This document shows, piece by piece, positions 48,930 to 62,400 of a stretch of DNA of 64,000 nt (positions are counted from its first letter, which is position 1; each line of letters opens with the position of its first letter). The DNA comes from Octopus sinensis. Its lineage: Eukaryota. Below the pieces are notes generated by a model. The model was not told the DNA's origin, searched no databases, and saw only the letters and a list, made by a program, of their open reading frames with translations. Location: NCBI RefSeq assembly GCF_006345805.1, contig NC_042999.1, positions 620,001 through 684,000 of the forward strand, read 5' to 3'. A program made the position numbers and the translations under genes.

Positions 48930-51475
48930 CAGTAGTTTTATTTTTATAGCGTACTTTCACTTCACTACCGAGCGCAGCTCTGTGTGCCTTGGGTATGTGC
49001 TGTGATTTGTTGTGATGCTCTGGTGGTTATTGTATGGAAAGTGTTCTGCGTAGGATGTGTGCAGTGCCTAGTAGTGCAATTTTCTGTATGTCATATGTGT
49101 TTGTAAGTCCTGGTGTTTTTGTTATGTATTTGTCTGAATATTTTTTTATCATGCCTAATGCACCTACTATGATAGGAATTGTTTCTGTTTTCAGGTTCCA
49201 CATTCTAGTTACCTCTATTTCCAGGTCTTTGTATTTTGAGAGTTTCTCCATTTCTTTTAGAGACACGTATATACCATTTACCGTGTCTCCCTGGAATATT
49301 CCTCTTCTAATGGGGATGTCTTTGGTTTTCATGAGTCCCTCTTTTGTTTGGAGGTGTAGGACTGTTTGCCATTTATTCATAGAGTGTTCTATGAATTTTA
49401 TGATTGTTGGTGCTACTTTGTTTATGGCTAGTGTTTCGAGGATCCATGTGTGGGGGATGCTATCAAACGCCTTTTTGTAGTCAATCCAGGCCATACTGAG
49501 GCCTTTCTTCTTTCTGTGGCTGTCTTCAGTTACGGCTTTATTAATCATTAGTTGATCTTTACAGCCATATGAGCCCTTGCGGCATCCTTTCTGCTCTTCT
49601 GGGAACAGTTTGTTTTCGTCCAGGTGCTTGTTCAGCCTTTGCGATATCACTGCAGTAAATGCCTTGAACATAGTAGGGAGGCAGGTTATTGGCTGTATTT
49701 TTCTGGTTTTGTTGTTTCATTTGATTTGGGAATTAGATGGTTTTCCCCTTCGTGAGCCATTCAGGCATTGTCTCTGGCTCTGCTAGTATGCTGTTAAAGT
49801 TTTCAGCCAGCTTTTTGTGCATTCCTGTTAGATATTTCAACCAGAAGTTGGGGATCTTGTCATGCCCAGGTGCCTTCCAGTTGCTTAGTTTTTGCAGTGC
49901 CTGGGTGACCTCTTCAGTTGTTATGGGGGTTCAAAGTTGTTCAGATGCCGAGTTTGTTATTTTCATACTCCTTGTTTTTTGGCTTTTCGTTCGCCGACCA
50001 TATTTCTTTCCAGAATTCTTCCAATTGTTCTGCCGTTGGTGCTGCAGTGACTTCTATTTTATTTTTGTCCAGTTCTTGGTAGAACTTTTTGCGGTCGGAG
50101 TTGAACTTTTTGTTCTGTTCAAAGAAGCGTTGGCGTTTCTCGTACCGGCGGATCCTTTGAGCTTTGGCAAGGATATCTTGCTTCAGCTTTTCTTTTATCT
50201 CCGGCAAATCTTTTTCTGTGATGTTATATTTGCGGAGCATTTTGTTCTCTTTTTGTTGCTCAGTAGCGTTGCTTGTTTGCTGATTTCATTAAGAATCGAC
50301 AGGTCTTTTCTAATTTTTTAAATTTTTTTGGATGTTATTTATCCACAGGGTTTGTTTGGTGGTGGTACTCCTGTTTGGGCGGGTTTGGGTGAGTATCCAG
50401 CTTCTTTTGTGGCTGCAGTGGCTGCTGCGTATATCAAGTCATTTAGTTCAGTGATATCACTTTTTTTTTTCAGTGGCTAGTTCAGTGACGGCTAGGTTTA
50501 TGTTGTTTATAATTGGTGTTGTTATTGCGTTTATTTTTATTCTTGGAGGTATGGTCGGTGGTCCATTTTGAACTCTGTGGTTTTAGTTCTTTGATTATTT
50601 TATTTTCTATATTATCATAATCATTAGGCTCCCCTTCGTTGTTTACATCGTGTTGTTGGGAATGTTGCGTTTGTCTTCGTGTTTTACAGTTTCAGTGTTT
50701 ATGTTATTGGGCATTGTTGTGTGGCTTCTATCTACATTTTCCTGGTGTATTTTTTTCTTTTAAATGTTCTATTTCTATTTCTGATATTTTTTGGCTTTGA
50801 GAATGTATCTTCGTACGTTAGCTAATTTATTAGGGTTCATTGCTGTATCCAAGTCTATATCTCTATTATTTTCCTTCCATATTTTATATGTATGTGTTGT
50901 TGTATTTTCATTTTGTGGGTAGAGCATTGCTGTGAAGTATGCGTGTAAGATAGAAATGTATTCCTCACGTGTCCATTTACGTCTTTGGGTTTTAATTGCG
51001 GGACATGAGGTACAACGTCCGGCCCATTATTTTGACGGTCGTCATTTTCGTAGGGTACCGGTCCGTTTATTTCTGTTGTCACATTATTTCGCACGTGTAG
51101 TTTTTTTCGTACATTTTTTGTTGTAGGTTAATGTACGTAACCGCTCGATTGTTATTCTTGGGTTGAATAGTATCGGTGGCATTTATTTCTTCTTCGTAGT
51201 TCCTTTGTACATGGTGTTTAAGGTCGGGGATGATCGTGTTGTTCCACGCATGTTTACATGTGCTGTGTTAGAGGTGGAGATAATATCGAGTCAAAATACA
51301 TCATTTCGTTTTGAAAATAGTAATAAATTTCAATTCGTATTACTTACTCGGATATAGTCCAATTCTTTGTTAGTAAATCTTTGGCTCCATAGGGTGTCCT
51401 TGTTTTCGATGTTTGTGGATAGATTTCGGAGCTCTGTATTTTCCTTCTTACATCTTAAACGTCCCCGGTGTCTCT
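48930..51475 (-). mobile_element. R4/Dong-clade non-LTR retrotransposon (RLE type), internally deleted, both ends apparently present
   Basis: WTREEY N-terminus, QRIRRYEKRQ, WKAPGHD, EEQKGC..GCKDQL, WIDYKKAFDS, RGIFQGD, KLSKYKDL, LGTAHILRR; ends in ..ACTACTG(AAT)n. The 5' boundary is inferred from the microsatellite edge. Confidence 0.85.
49027..49671 (-). pseudogene. In-frame RT/RLE fusion ORF of the R4 element (214 aa)
   Basis: GIFQGD is followed within ~10 codons by SLKEMEKLSKYKDL; YMDD, thumb, CCHC knuckle and the PD motif are missing. Confidence 0.85.
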
Positions 51476-51543
51476 TCTCTTCTTCTTCTTCTTCTTCTTC
51501 TCTCTTTCTTCTACTTCTCTTCTTCTTCTTCCTTCTTCTTCTT

Positions 51544-51615
<72 letters not shown>

Positions 51616-51619
<4 letters not shown>

Positions 51620-51685
51620 TCACTTCCCGGAATCGAACTCAGAATCTTGAAATTAGTAGCCCGCGCTCTTAACCCCTACGCCATA
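51616..51685 (-). mobile_element. Simple tRNA-like SINE family E
   Basis: A box TGGCGTAGGGG, B box GAGTTCGATTCC, ends GTGACCTG then (AAT)n(GAA)n. Confidence 0.7.
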
Positions 51686-51959
51686 TATTCATATATGGTC
51701 AAAATCTTAGTTGTACCTCGCCCCCCAAAGGCCATGTGGGCCCCATTTAAGTACATCTATTCTAAATGAACACGTTACTATAACTTAGCAATATGAAAAA
51801 TCCCAGAATGAGCCAATGCTATTGAAAGTATTTCTTACGCTTAAAGAAGAAAAGTTTTAACGAAACAGTGATAAGGTGTTAATGACTTCATGTTTCGTCT
51901 TTCATTAATATCCGAAGTTTATCGGATACGGCTCAGTAACTTCAACTCAATAACGACTG

Positions 51960-51996
<37 letters not shown>

Positions 51997-53054
51997 ATAT
52001 AATACATACATACATATGTGTGTGTGGTGTGTGTGTGTGTGTGTGTTTATGTATAATGGCTTTAGAAAATTTCCCATGGGTGACTTCAGTAAGACCATAT
52101 AGTTTAGAGAAGGCCACCATAAATAATGTGGTTAACCGTAAATAACTTTTAATCAATTAATACTACCTATGATTCTCTGTTCTTCTAAATATAATGTTGG
52201 GAAAGATTCCAATGTCATGATATTATTTTATCTAATCATAGAATTATTTTCACCCCAAAACATTATGAAATCATTCTGAGGTCTTAAAAATTAGGGAGGT
52301 TTCTCAATGGCCCTCTTGAATGCCGTTTTCACTAACAAAGGGACTTTCTTTCATGTTATGGTTTCTGTGCCAATTTTCACGTTCTTTAGAAATCCTTACA
52401 CCAGTTATAACGCTTTCAATATCTCACCATTCTTCAGAGATGCCGGTTGCATCGCAGAAATCAAGCCAACAACTTTTGAGTGAGGTGCGACAAATCAATT
52501 ACATCGACTCCAATACTTGACTGACAATTTTATTTTAACGGCTCCAAAGAAATGAAAGGTAACGTTGACCAAAGCGAGATTTGAACTCAGAGCGTAGAGT
52601 GTCAAAAAGAAATACAGCAAAGCATCTTGCCCAACAGTCTCGCGATTTTCTCGCCACCTTACGACGCGGTCAGGTAAATTTCCTGGCTTTAAGGATTTCG
52701 GGAAAGGCCTGGCTGGAGGCCTTCCGAGTTCTTTTACAGGGTTTAGAAAAACTGAAGAATCGCTGCAATAAGTGTGTGAATCTGAAAGTGGAATATGTTG
52801 AATAAAATCATAATTAACTCATCCTCTTGTATTTTCTTTTACACAAAACCAGCAAATTTTCAGACTTCCCCTCGTATACGTTTAATTAATATTTAATTAC
52901 GTTTAAAAAATTTTAATTAATTTTCTCCACGTAATATTCAGTATTGCATCCCGCATTAAATATACTTCTTTCTTAATACAAAATTCTCACAAACACAGAC
53001 ACACAAACATACATACACACAGACACACACATACAGACACACACACACACATAG

Positions 53055-53200
53055 GACGGGCTTATTTCAGTTTCCGTCTACCAAATCCACTCACAAGGCT
53101 TTGGTCGGCCCGAAGCTATAGTAGAAGACATTTACCCGATGTACCACGCAGTGGGAATGAACCTGGAACCATGTGGTTGGTAATCAAGCCACTCCTGTGC
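53055..53200 (-). mobile_element. SINE family A, 5' half
   Basis: Head to the internal microsatellite. Confidence 0.8.
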
Positions 53201-53223
53201 CCATACCACACACACACTCCTAC

Positions 53224-53275
<52 letters not shown>

Positions 53276-53289
53276 AGAGAGAGAGAGAT

Positions 53290-53447
53290 AGGGAGGGACA
53301 AACAAATGGATTAAGTCCATTACATCGACCCCAGTGTGTAACTGGTACTATTTAATCGACCCCGAAAGGATAAAAGGCAAAGTCAACCTCGGTGAAATTT
53401 GAACTCAGAACGTAACGGCTAACGTTTCTGCCAACACGCCGCCTTAA
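53290..53447 (-). mobile_element. SINE family B with internal deletion
   Basis: Head end and central domain present. Confidence 0.75.
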
Positions 53448-53899
53448 TATATATATATATATATATATATAAATGTATTGAATTCCGTAAATACATTCAC
53501 ACGTGCATAAAATTCACGCATATTTGTCTATGTATAGATAATAGAGACTATACATACGTAATATAGAACATACTATAAACTTTATTTACCACAAAGGTCA
53601 TTTCAACACATCCTGCACCGCTGTCTTTTCGGTGGGAAACTATACAATGAATTGCAATGTACACCGCAGTGTAGAAGCAACTCTTCAAGTGATAAAATTT
53701 GGCTTCTTGTTACGTAAATGATGTTACGTTCGAAAGCTTAACTGGAACATGTTGATAGCAGTCGTATCTACTATACATTTTAGAGGCACGAGGAATGGCA
53801 ACGAACGGATTAAGTTGCTGGGGATACAAATAGGAAATATCGGAGAAAACAAAGGGACTAGAGACATACCCAAAACACAATTTTAATTTAAAATTTTAA

Positions 53900-54302
53900 T
53901 AGGCGCAGAAGTGGCTATGTGGTAAGAAACTTGCTTAGCAACAACATAGTTCCTGGTTCAGTCCCACTGCGTGGCACCTTGGGCAATTGTCTTCTACTAT
54001 AGCCTGGGGCCGACCAAAGCCTTGTGAGTCGATTTGGTAGACGGAAACTGAAAGAAACCCGTCGTATATGTATGTATGTGTATGTATGTATGTATATGTT
54101 TGTGTGTCTGTGTTTGGCTCCCCCCCCCCAACATCACCTGACAACCGATGCTGGTGTGTTCACGTCCCCAGTGTAGCGGTTCGTCAACAGAAACCGATCG
54201 AATAAGTTCTAGGCTTACAAAGAATAGGTCCTGTGGTCGATTTGCTCGCTAAAGGCGGTGCTCCAGCATGGCCACAGTCAAATGACTGAAACAAATAAAA
54301 GT
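53900..54302 (+). mobile_element. SINE family A, full length
   Basis: AGGCGCAGAAGTGGCTATGTGG through GACTGAAACAAATAAAAG. Confidence 0.85.
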
Positions 54303-55369
54303 AAATGAAAAAATAAAGTGTTTCTAATATATATATTTATGTGATTGTGTGTGTGTGTGTACAGATGACCACATAAGTGCAATGCAACGTGGAAAAAATA
54401 GTACTCGAATACCAAATGTAGAGTAATATACTTTTATGAAAGCTGCAAAATTATTGCAAAAACTGTTACTCAGAGTTTCACGTTCCCGTTCATTGGACAG
54501 TTGTGATGAAAACTGAATTAAATTTGTGATGGTACATGTAATATATAGTGTGACATAGCTCAATTACACGAATAAGTATTTACATTTGAAGGGGTGGTTG
54601 ATAATCAAAAGATTATTGTCTAATATTCGTTGCCAGTTGGGTGTTGGGGTGTGAATGAAAATTACCAGTAAGGTGTTTATAGATATAAATATTATAATGA
54701 GATCGAAAAACACCTTGCTTAAAGTGGGGAGGGAGTCCATAAAATAATTTCATCAACTGATTATAATTGGTCTTAAATTTTGGCAGAAAGCCATCAATTT
54801 TTGGCTGGGTGGGAGTGCAATTCGATTATATCGACCCCAGTACTCAACTGGTACTTATTTTATCGACTCCCGAATAAAAGGAGGGCAGATTTAGCCATGA
54901 ACTTAGAACGTAGTGACTAGTGACGGACGAAATGCCATTAAGTGTGCTTACGATTTTGCCTGCTCGCTAGCTTAACAATTAATAAAATATTATAAACCTA
55001 ATACTAATGCAGTATATGGTAGTTATGAACTATGCCACTACGGTAAATCTTCTATCAGTCGAAAACAAGCCAACCATTGTCAGCTGAGATCTTTCAGTCA
55101 CTGTCTTCCTTCACTTGGCAACACAGATAAAACTTAATAATCAATATATTTCATTTGGACAATTGGCAAATGTATATAAATGCAAATTTGTGTATCTTTT
55201 AAATTCGGCTTCAGAATATTCACTCTGATGTTTTAGCAGCAGCAGTAGTTTGTGTTTGATCGGGGCTTCATATTCTCTTCTTTCTACTTATATAAGTATG
55301 TGTATGAGTGCTTGTCTGTCTATATGTACAAGTACATAGAAATTATATGGTTTGTATATATAGAAGCAT

Positions 55370-55376
55370 ATACTTA

Positions 55377-55467
<91 letters not shown>

Positions 55468-55594
55468 TTATCTATTTATCTATCTATCTATCAATCTATC
55501 TATTTATCTCTCTCTCTCTATATATATATATATATACATATATATACATAGATATATATATAAATCTATCTCTCTATCTCTCTATCTACCTATC

Positions 55595-55655
<61 letters not shown>

Positions 55656-55939
55656 CGTGTGTGTGTGTGTATGTATGTATGTATGTATATGTATGTATAT
55701 ATATATATATGTATGTATCTTTAGGTAAATATCTACATGTAGGTACATTGATTGGTAGGCTAAAAGACACACATTCGAATGGATATGTATATACATTCGT
55801 ACATCATACATATATGTATATATTACATATCTATCAATGTTCTCCAACTGTGTATATATACACACACATTTATAGATAGATAGAAGGACAGACAGACAGA
55901 CATATATTCATACATCATATGTATATATATGATATATAT

Positions 55940-55987
<48 letters not shown>

Positions 55988-56010
55988 TATATATATATAC
56001 ATACATATAT
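55370..56010. repeat. Microsatellite field (TCTA, TA, TG, TATG)
   Basis: Directly visible. Confidence 0.9.
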
Positions 56011-56742
56011 GCATAAATATTTATTTTAATGTATCTATTTATTTACAGACGTGTATATATGTATGTATGAAGGTATGTACGTACGCATAAACACATACAC
56101 TTCTATGCATAAATAACACATTTGACCTAAAGCCAATTCTTCACCTTTTCATATTTCCTATCTTTCTTAATGTGAAAATTTCTTCATGTGCAACTTTTAT
56201 GAAATATGTCGTTATATTCCGTTCCAAGATGTTCTGTAATGAAACACTGAAGTGTCTTCCAATGCATTTATTTCTTCTTAAGTTCTCCCTTTTAATGGCA
56301 AGATAAATTGGCAAGGCAGTTACATTTCCTTTATAAGTTTTCTCTCCAAATCTACTTCGATCTATGCTCAAAGGATCCGAACTTCTTCCATCTTTTCACT
56401 TGAATGTTTACCATTCTGTGTCTGTCTCATTAATCGTATTTGCAGCAGTCGTTGAATTAGTTTACATGAGTGAAACACACCCCGGTGAAGCTCTTCTAAT
56501 CTTTTTCGGATTAATACGGTTTGTCGCGTATGTCTCTTGCAGACTCTTAGAAATAATGACTTGTTTCGACATGGTGAAAAAGACGCTTCTTTTTTGGTTC
56601 TTTGCGAATTATTTTTACAAGAATCGATTCCATATATCGAAGTTTGTCTTTTACTCACTGGAATATATATCTATATGTCTGTCTGCTGTAGGATCCGAAA
56701 CTAAACTGTCGATTGCTATATAATTACACACATACACACACG

Positions 56743-56777
<35 letters not shown>

Positions 56778-56936
56778 TACACACACAAAGATATATATAT
56801 ATATACGTTTTTTGCAAAAGATATTTGATGCCTTCCTTTTATATGTGAAGGAATATATTCTTAATAATTAACTATTTAGAACAATCTCAGAAAAACAGAT
56901 GATACGAGCATTTGGGATAGACGTTTTTGTATCCTA

Positions 56937-56976
<40 letters not shown>

Positions 56977-57032
56977 CGCATTTTGAAGGAAAGCAGGTTC
57001 AAAATGTTTTTAAAAACAAGCAATTAACCCTT

Positions 57033-57416
57033 CGTGGCACTCCGTCGGTTACGAAGACGAGAGTTCCAGTTGATCCAATCAACGGAACAGCCTGCTCGTG
57101 AAATTAACATGCAAGTGGCCGAGCAATCTACAGACATGTGTACCCTTAATGTAGTTCTCAGGGAGATTCAGCATGACAGAGAGTGTGACAAGGCTGGCCC
57201 TTTGAAATACAGGTACAACAGAAACAGGAAGAAAGAGTGAGAGAAAGTCGAGGTGAAAGAGAAGAGCAGGGTTCGCCGCCACCCCCTGCCGAAGCCTCGT
57301 AGATCTTTTAGGAGTTTTCGCTCAATAAACACTCACAACATCCGGTCTGGGAATCGAAACCGCGATCCTACGAGCGCGAGTCCGCTGCCCTAATCAGTAG
57401 GCCGTTGCGCCTCCAC
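57033..57416 (-). mobile_element. SINE family C, full length
   Basis: GTGGAGGCGCAACGGCC head through the GTAACCGACGGAGTGCCAC tail. Confidence 0.9.
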
Positions 57417-57638
57417 AATTAACCATTACTTTGAAACTCAATATGGAAACACTGCGAATTATGTAAAGTCATTTTAACTTCGTTGATTTCTTCACATCGT
57501 AAAAAAAAATCCATAGAAAATTATAAGATTTGGGTGGATTTATTTACATAACTATTGTACGTATCTTTCAATAAACTCATGATATATCCATTTAATAAAT
57601 AGTCAGCAATTTATGATATCAGAAATTTATGATATGGC

Positions 57639-57756
57639 GCTTACGGCCATATCACGTTGAAAGCACATGTTCTGGTCCGATTACGGACGTTAAGCAACGT
57701 CGAGCCTAGCTAGTACTTAGATGGGTACCGCTTATGAAACCTAGGTGCTGTAAGCG
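57639..57756 (+). pseudogene. 5S rRNA-derived sequence (pseudogene or SINE head)
   Basis: GCTTACGGCCATATCACGTTGAAAGCAC..GTTAAGCAACGTCGAGCC..TAGTACTTAGATGGGT-ACCGC..GGTGCTGTAAGC; many substitutions, single copy, no oligo-T terminator directly downstream. Confidence 0.85.
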
Positions 57757-57877
57757 TCACATACTTTAACGGCGGTGCATCAGCATGGCCGCAGCTATGA
57801 GCTGGAATTTAAAAAAAATTGAAGTAAATGCTCAAAAGAGAAGTAATATATAACATTAGATATTACACGTTGAAATA

Positions 57878-58164
57878 TGCACCTTTTCCTCGACTTACGA
57901 CTGAGTACCGTTCCCACTGACAGGACGTAAGTCGATCTAGTCGTATGTCGGATTTCTATTTTTCAACACTATTTTCATTCATGCAACTGCTGCTTGAAAG
58001 TGACTGAGTGAGAATCAATGGCGGGCAGTGGATACCTGGGTCTGAGAGAGGCTTGCTTTGCCTGATGCTGCCATAGTTATCGTACGCGCAACTGCCCAAC
58101 GTCCAAAAATCGATTACTTATTTACGTATTTTTATTTTTTGTGGTCGTAAGTCGAGAAGGTGTG
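57878..58164. mobile_element. pogo/Tigger-like MITE
   Basis: Imperfect TIRs ..TCGACTTACGAC / GTCGTAAGTCGAG.. with flanking TA. Confidence 0.55.
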
Positions 58165-58274
58165 TATTCCGTAAGGTTAAACCATTATCTAAAGTATTGG
58201 ATAGTTTAGTTTACATATGAAACTCTTTTGTGAGGAAACTAACTAGACTAGATGCAATATCGGCACGATACTCC

Positions 58275-58413
58275 GTTTCTTTTACTTGATTCAGTCATTT
58301 GACTGCGGCCATGCTGGAGCACCGTCTTTAGTCGAGCAAATCGACCCCAACCAGCATAGGTTGTCAAGCGGTGTTGGGGGACAAACATAGACGCATGAAC
58401 ATATGCAAGCACA

Positions 58414-58447
<34 letters not shown>

Positions 58448-58448
58448 G

Positions 58449-58511
<63 letters not shown>

Positions 58512-58550
58512 AATATATATATATATATACATACGACGGTTTCTTCCAGC
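58275..58550 (-). mobile_element. SINE family A, 3' part with internal deletion
   Basis: Tail intact; body jumps from ATCGACCCC to GGTTGTCAAGCG. Confidence 0.75.
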
Positions 58551-58554
58551 TTCC

Positions 58555-58771
58555 CATTTCTTTATTGCTGAAAAGGAGCTAAACATAGAGGGGACAAACA
58601 AGGATAGACTAAGGAATTAATTCATTTACATCGACTCCAGTACGTAACTGGTACTTAATTTATCGACCCCGAAAGGATGAAACGCAATGTCGACCTCAGC
58701 GAAATTTGAACTCAGAACGTAGCGGCAGACGAAATACCGCTAAGCATTTCGCCCGGCGTGCTCTCCGCCTT
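58555..58771 (-). mobile_element. SINE family B, near full length
   Basis: Central domain and tail match the copy at 46191-46422. Confidence 0.8.
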
Positions 58772-58789
58772 ATTATGGTCTATTCCAGT

Positions 58790-58935
58790 TCCCGTCTACT
58801 AAATCTACCTACAAGGCTTTTGTTTGGCCTGAGGCTATGGTAGAAGACACTTACCCAAACTGCTATGCAGTGGGACTGAACCCACGACCATGTGGTTGAT
58901 AAGTAAGCTACCTACCACACAGCCGCTCCGGCGCC
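58790..58935 (-). mobile_element. SINE family A, 5' half
   Basis: Head motifs GGTTCAGTCCCACTG and GGGTAAGTGTCTTC. Confidence 0.75.
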
Positions 58936-60166
58936 GTTGGGAAATAAATATTATCAAATTTAATTTGGACTGGGAGATGTGGTGGATTAAAAACAATAAA
59001 AATAAATATGCGGTTAGTGGAAAACAATATGAGTCTGTATATAAAATCTTGGACATTTAACAAAAGTGATAATTACAACATTATTCTGACAAATATGTTG
59101 AAGGTTGTTCTTTACTGAAGAAGTTATAACAAGGCACAAAACTAGACTGAGTTACCTCGTTTAATCTCCGGAGAAGATCAGAATATTAGTTTCAAATTTT
59201 GGCACCAGACCAGTAAGTTCGTGGGAGGAGGTAAATCGATTACCTCAACCAGTACTTATTTTATTAATACCGAAACCTTAAAAAGGTAAAGTCGAACGTA
59301 AAGATGGGACGGACGAAATGCCGCTAAGCATTCTGCACCGACTACTAACGCTTCTGTCTGCTCATCGCGTCGCAAAAGATTAGAATATTGTTTGCCGCTA
59401 AGTTTGTTTCCTTCACACTACATAACTAACGATGTATGAAATATCACAGCAAAACACTATACAAGAACGGGCGCTTTAAACTTATCCGAAATGAAACTAG
59501 GTCGAAACATTAATCCAATGTATCTTAGACAAAGAAATACACTCGGCTGTGTGTTACGGTCTTGTTATTAATTTACTGCTAGACTAAAATATCTTATTAG
59601 CATAAAGCCATTGACTGGCTTATAACACAAAGCGACAACCCAACATTCTGTCTCTTCCCCACTCTCGGCTATAGGGCATGAACCCGAACTGTTCGTCCCT
59701 TCACGCTTCATAGAAATCGATCTTAACAAACTGTTTTATGAACTCTTATATGGACTATTTATTGCCGGCGCAGACAATCAACATTTTCCTTTTATTCCGG
59801 ATTTTGCTCCAAAATATATTAGCATACAAAATTAATAAAACGAATTTAGTCTCATGTCCGACATATTTTTATCAACTCGCTGCCGTTGGCCACTATAAAT
59901 AACTGAAAGAATCTTTCATTTTGTCGACTAAGAATCAAACCTGAAATTAAAGTTCATGTTAAACATTCTTTGGAAATTGGTTTGTTTCATAAGTTTATTT
60001 TAAACTTAGTTTGACACGGATTTCTTTTGTAATCAACGTTTATAAGTATATTGCACGTTGTAACAGACGAATAAGAACGTGAATAGAAACACGCATATAC
60101 ATATGTATATACACACATATACACACGCACACGAAATTCTATATATAAATGCATAGATATTATATA

Positions 60167-60388
60167 CAGGGTTGGGCAAGAGTTACCTGACAGTAACTCA
60201 AAGCCCATTTAATTCCAAGATTAAAACAAAAAAAATTATTTTATATGAGACTTCGCTAATAAATAGACAAATGTAAAAAAAGCGATGATTTAGCTTACAT
60301 CATTCAATTATTAAACATTCATAACTGGAATGAATATTCAGTATTTATGAAATTTTGATTTACTGTCGGGTGACTTTTGCCCACCCTG
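60167..60388. mobile_element. Tc1/mariner-type MITE (222 bp)
   Basis: TIRs CAGGGTTGGGCAAGAGTTACCTGACAG and CTGTCGGGTGACTTTTGCCCACCCTG; TA on the left, TG on the right. Confidence 0.75.
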
Positions 60389-60429
60389 TGAGTGTGTGTG
60401 CATGTGTGTGTGTGTGTGTGTGTGTGTGT

Positions 60430-60461
<32 letters not shown>

Positions 60462-61967
60462 TTTTATGCTTTTACTTGTTTCAGTCATTTTGACTTCGGC
60501 AAAAATAATGTGAAACGTCCACAGTAAAAGCAACAGCTGCAAGAACTAAGTCACACCAGTACCATCTTGTTCACTTAGGAAAATAATATGCAGGCTTGTC
60601 AAAAAAAGAAAACAGAAAGCTAAAATATGTTTCAGAGCAAGCAGTCGTTAAAGCCAATGAAAAAGCAGGAAGAAGCTTAAAACTTACATTAAGAGAATTT
60701 CAATTCAACCTTGTGAGGTGTTAATCTGCGAAAAAAAAAAGCCTTCTTTCGTGAAAATGAGCGCCTTTCTGGTGGCGGAGAAGCAATCTGTCTGTCATGA
60801 CAGGGGTCCCGATTCAAGTAAGGAAAACCCAATTTCCAATACGAATCAAACTGTTGTCATAGACATTCAAAGACTCTGCAAAGATGCAGTAGAACATATA
60901 CAACATGTAAATAACCAACAGACGAATGACTTGAAGAAACTGCATTAAGATAAAGATAAACACGTGAAGTTCAGATGCACGAATAGATGCGCTACCATTA
61001 TGTGAATCATGCAGTGGACAGACAACTGGTACAAACAATCTAACCAAACTGTTATATTTTCCCTCCTAGAAGGAAGTGGTTTTTTTTTTTGTTATTCATT
61101 CCGGTATCTGTGTTTCTGTGGGCGTCTTCGAAAAAGAACTTTTTCAGTCGCTTGATGCAGAAAGGACAGTGAAGCGAAATGGGGTCGAAGTAATCGAGTA
61201 GTCCTTCCCCTTAAATTTCGGGTTTAGCGCCTAGAGGACAAAATAATTAATATTGCTGCGTTTATTTCTTTATTAATGTGTGTTACTATGAAGAAATGTG
61301 TCTTCACCCTACTCCGACATAATATCCGTTATACATGGATATAATTTTTATTTTGGCTGTTTCTGTTTACACACATTTTTAAGATGGTTTCTCGTCAGAG
61401 TAACGCCTCCCCAAAACAAGTATAAACAAATTGAACAAATTAACAGAACACATTCCATTTCACAGCAAGGCCCCCCCCCCCGCCCCATTGTTCACAGAGA
61501 AAGTAATGATTATAGTTAAAAATGTCAATTTGATCAATTTGAACATCTGTGTTAAAAACAAGACGCTCATGTTTTGCCGCATGATAAAAACATGCAACCA
61601 TTTTAATGAGCGCAAGTGCTGTTTTGAGCTTTAGAGAAAAGAATGACAGCCGTATGATGGATGACTTAGACGATGGGGACACTCTACTAATTGGTATTGT
61701 GGAACTAAAACTAGAAAAAAGATTCTACAGAAATACATGCTGATAGCCTATGGACACCTGGAAAGCGCCTGTCCAGAGAACAAAGGATGCTACATGTTTG
61801 TCGTATGCAAAAAGTGCATAGAAAGTCCATTGAATATTATTGAATAGAATGATATCTTCTGCAATAAACGAGCTGTAACTTATAGAGATCATCTTTTTGA
61901 ATTTCTGCAACATTTTTAATCTTGATGTTGCTTGCAGGATATTGGTCATATTATTTATGATGTCTTA

Positions 61968-62180
61968 CGGCAGCGAACTGGCAAAACCCGTTGTTACGCT
62001 AGGCAAATTGCTTAGCGGGAATTCATCTGTCTCTACGCCCTGAGTTCAAATTACCCCTAGGTCGATCTTTGGGAGTAGATAAAATAAGTACCAGTTGAGT
62101 GCTAGGATCGATGTAATCGACTTCCTTTTCCCATCGAAATCTTCACAGTCTCTGTACCAAAATTGGAAACCATGATTTAT
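61968..62180 (+). mobile_element. SINE-B variant (alternative tail), old
   Basis: GGCAGCGAACTGGCAAAAC head, GAGTTCAAATT, GATAAAATAAGTACCAG. Confidence 0.65.
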
Positions 62181-62400
62181 GAACCTTTAATATTATGAGC
62201 TGGAAAAACCGTTACCCGTCGAAGAAAAGGCTTGGCCGAACTTCCACAGACTTTACGACCAGAGATGAAATTTGGCCAAGGTTGACTTTGCATTTCATCC
62301 CTCGTGGTCAAGCCGAGTACTGAGGTCGATGAAATCCACTTCCGTCGCACCGAAATTTCTGGACTTGTGTCAAAATTTGAAACCATTATTATTATTAGTA

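Noticed and set aside
56560-56625. GAAAC-AA-GTC with 7-bp stem I-like pairing on the minus strand
   Set aside because: There is no recognisable CTGANGA core.
60500-61960. Moderately GC-rich stretches with short ORFs
   Set aside because: They may be old transposon relics, but no motif could be assigned by eye.
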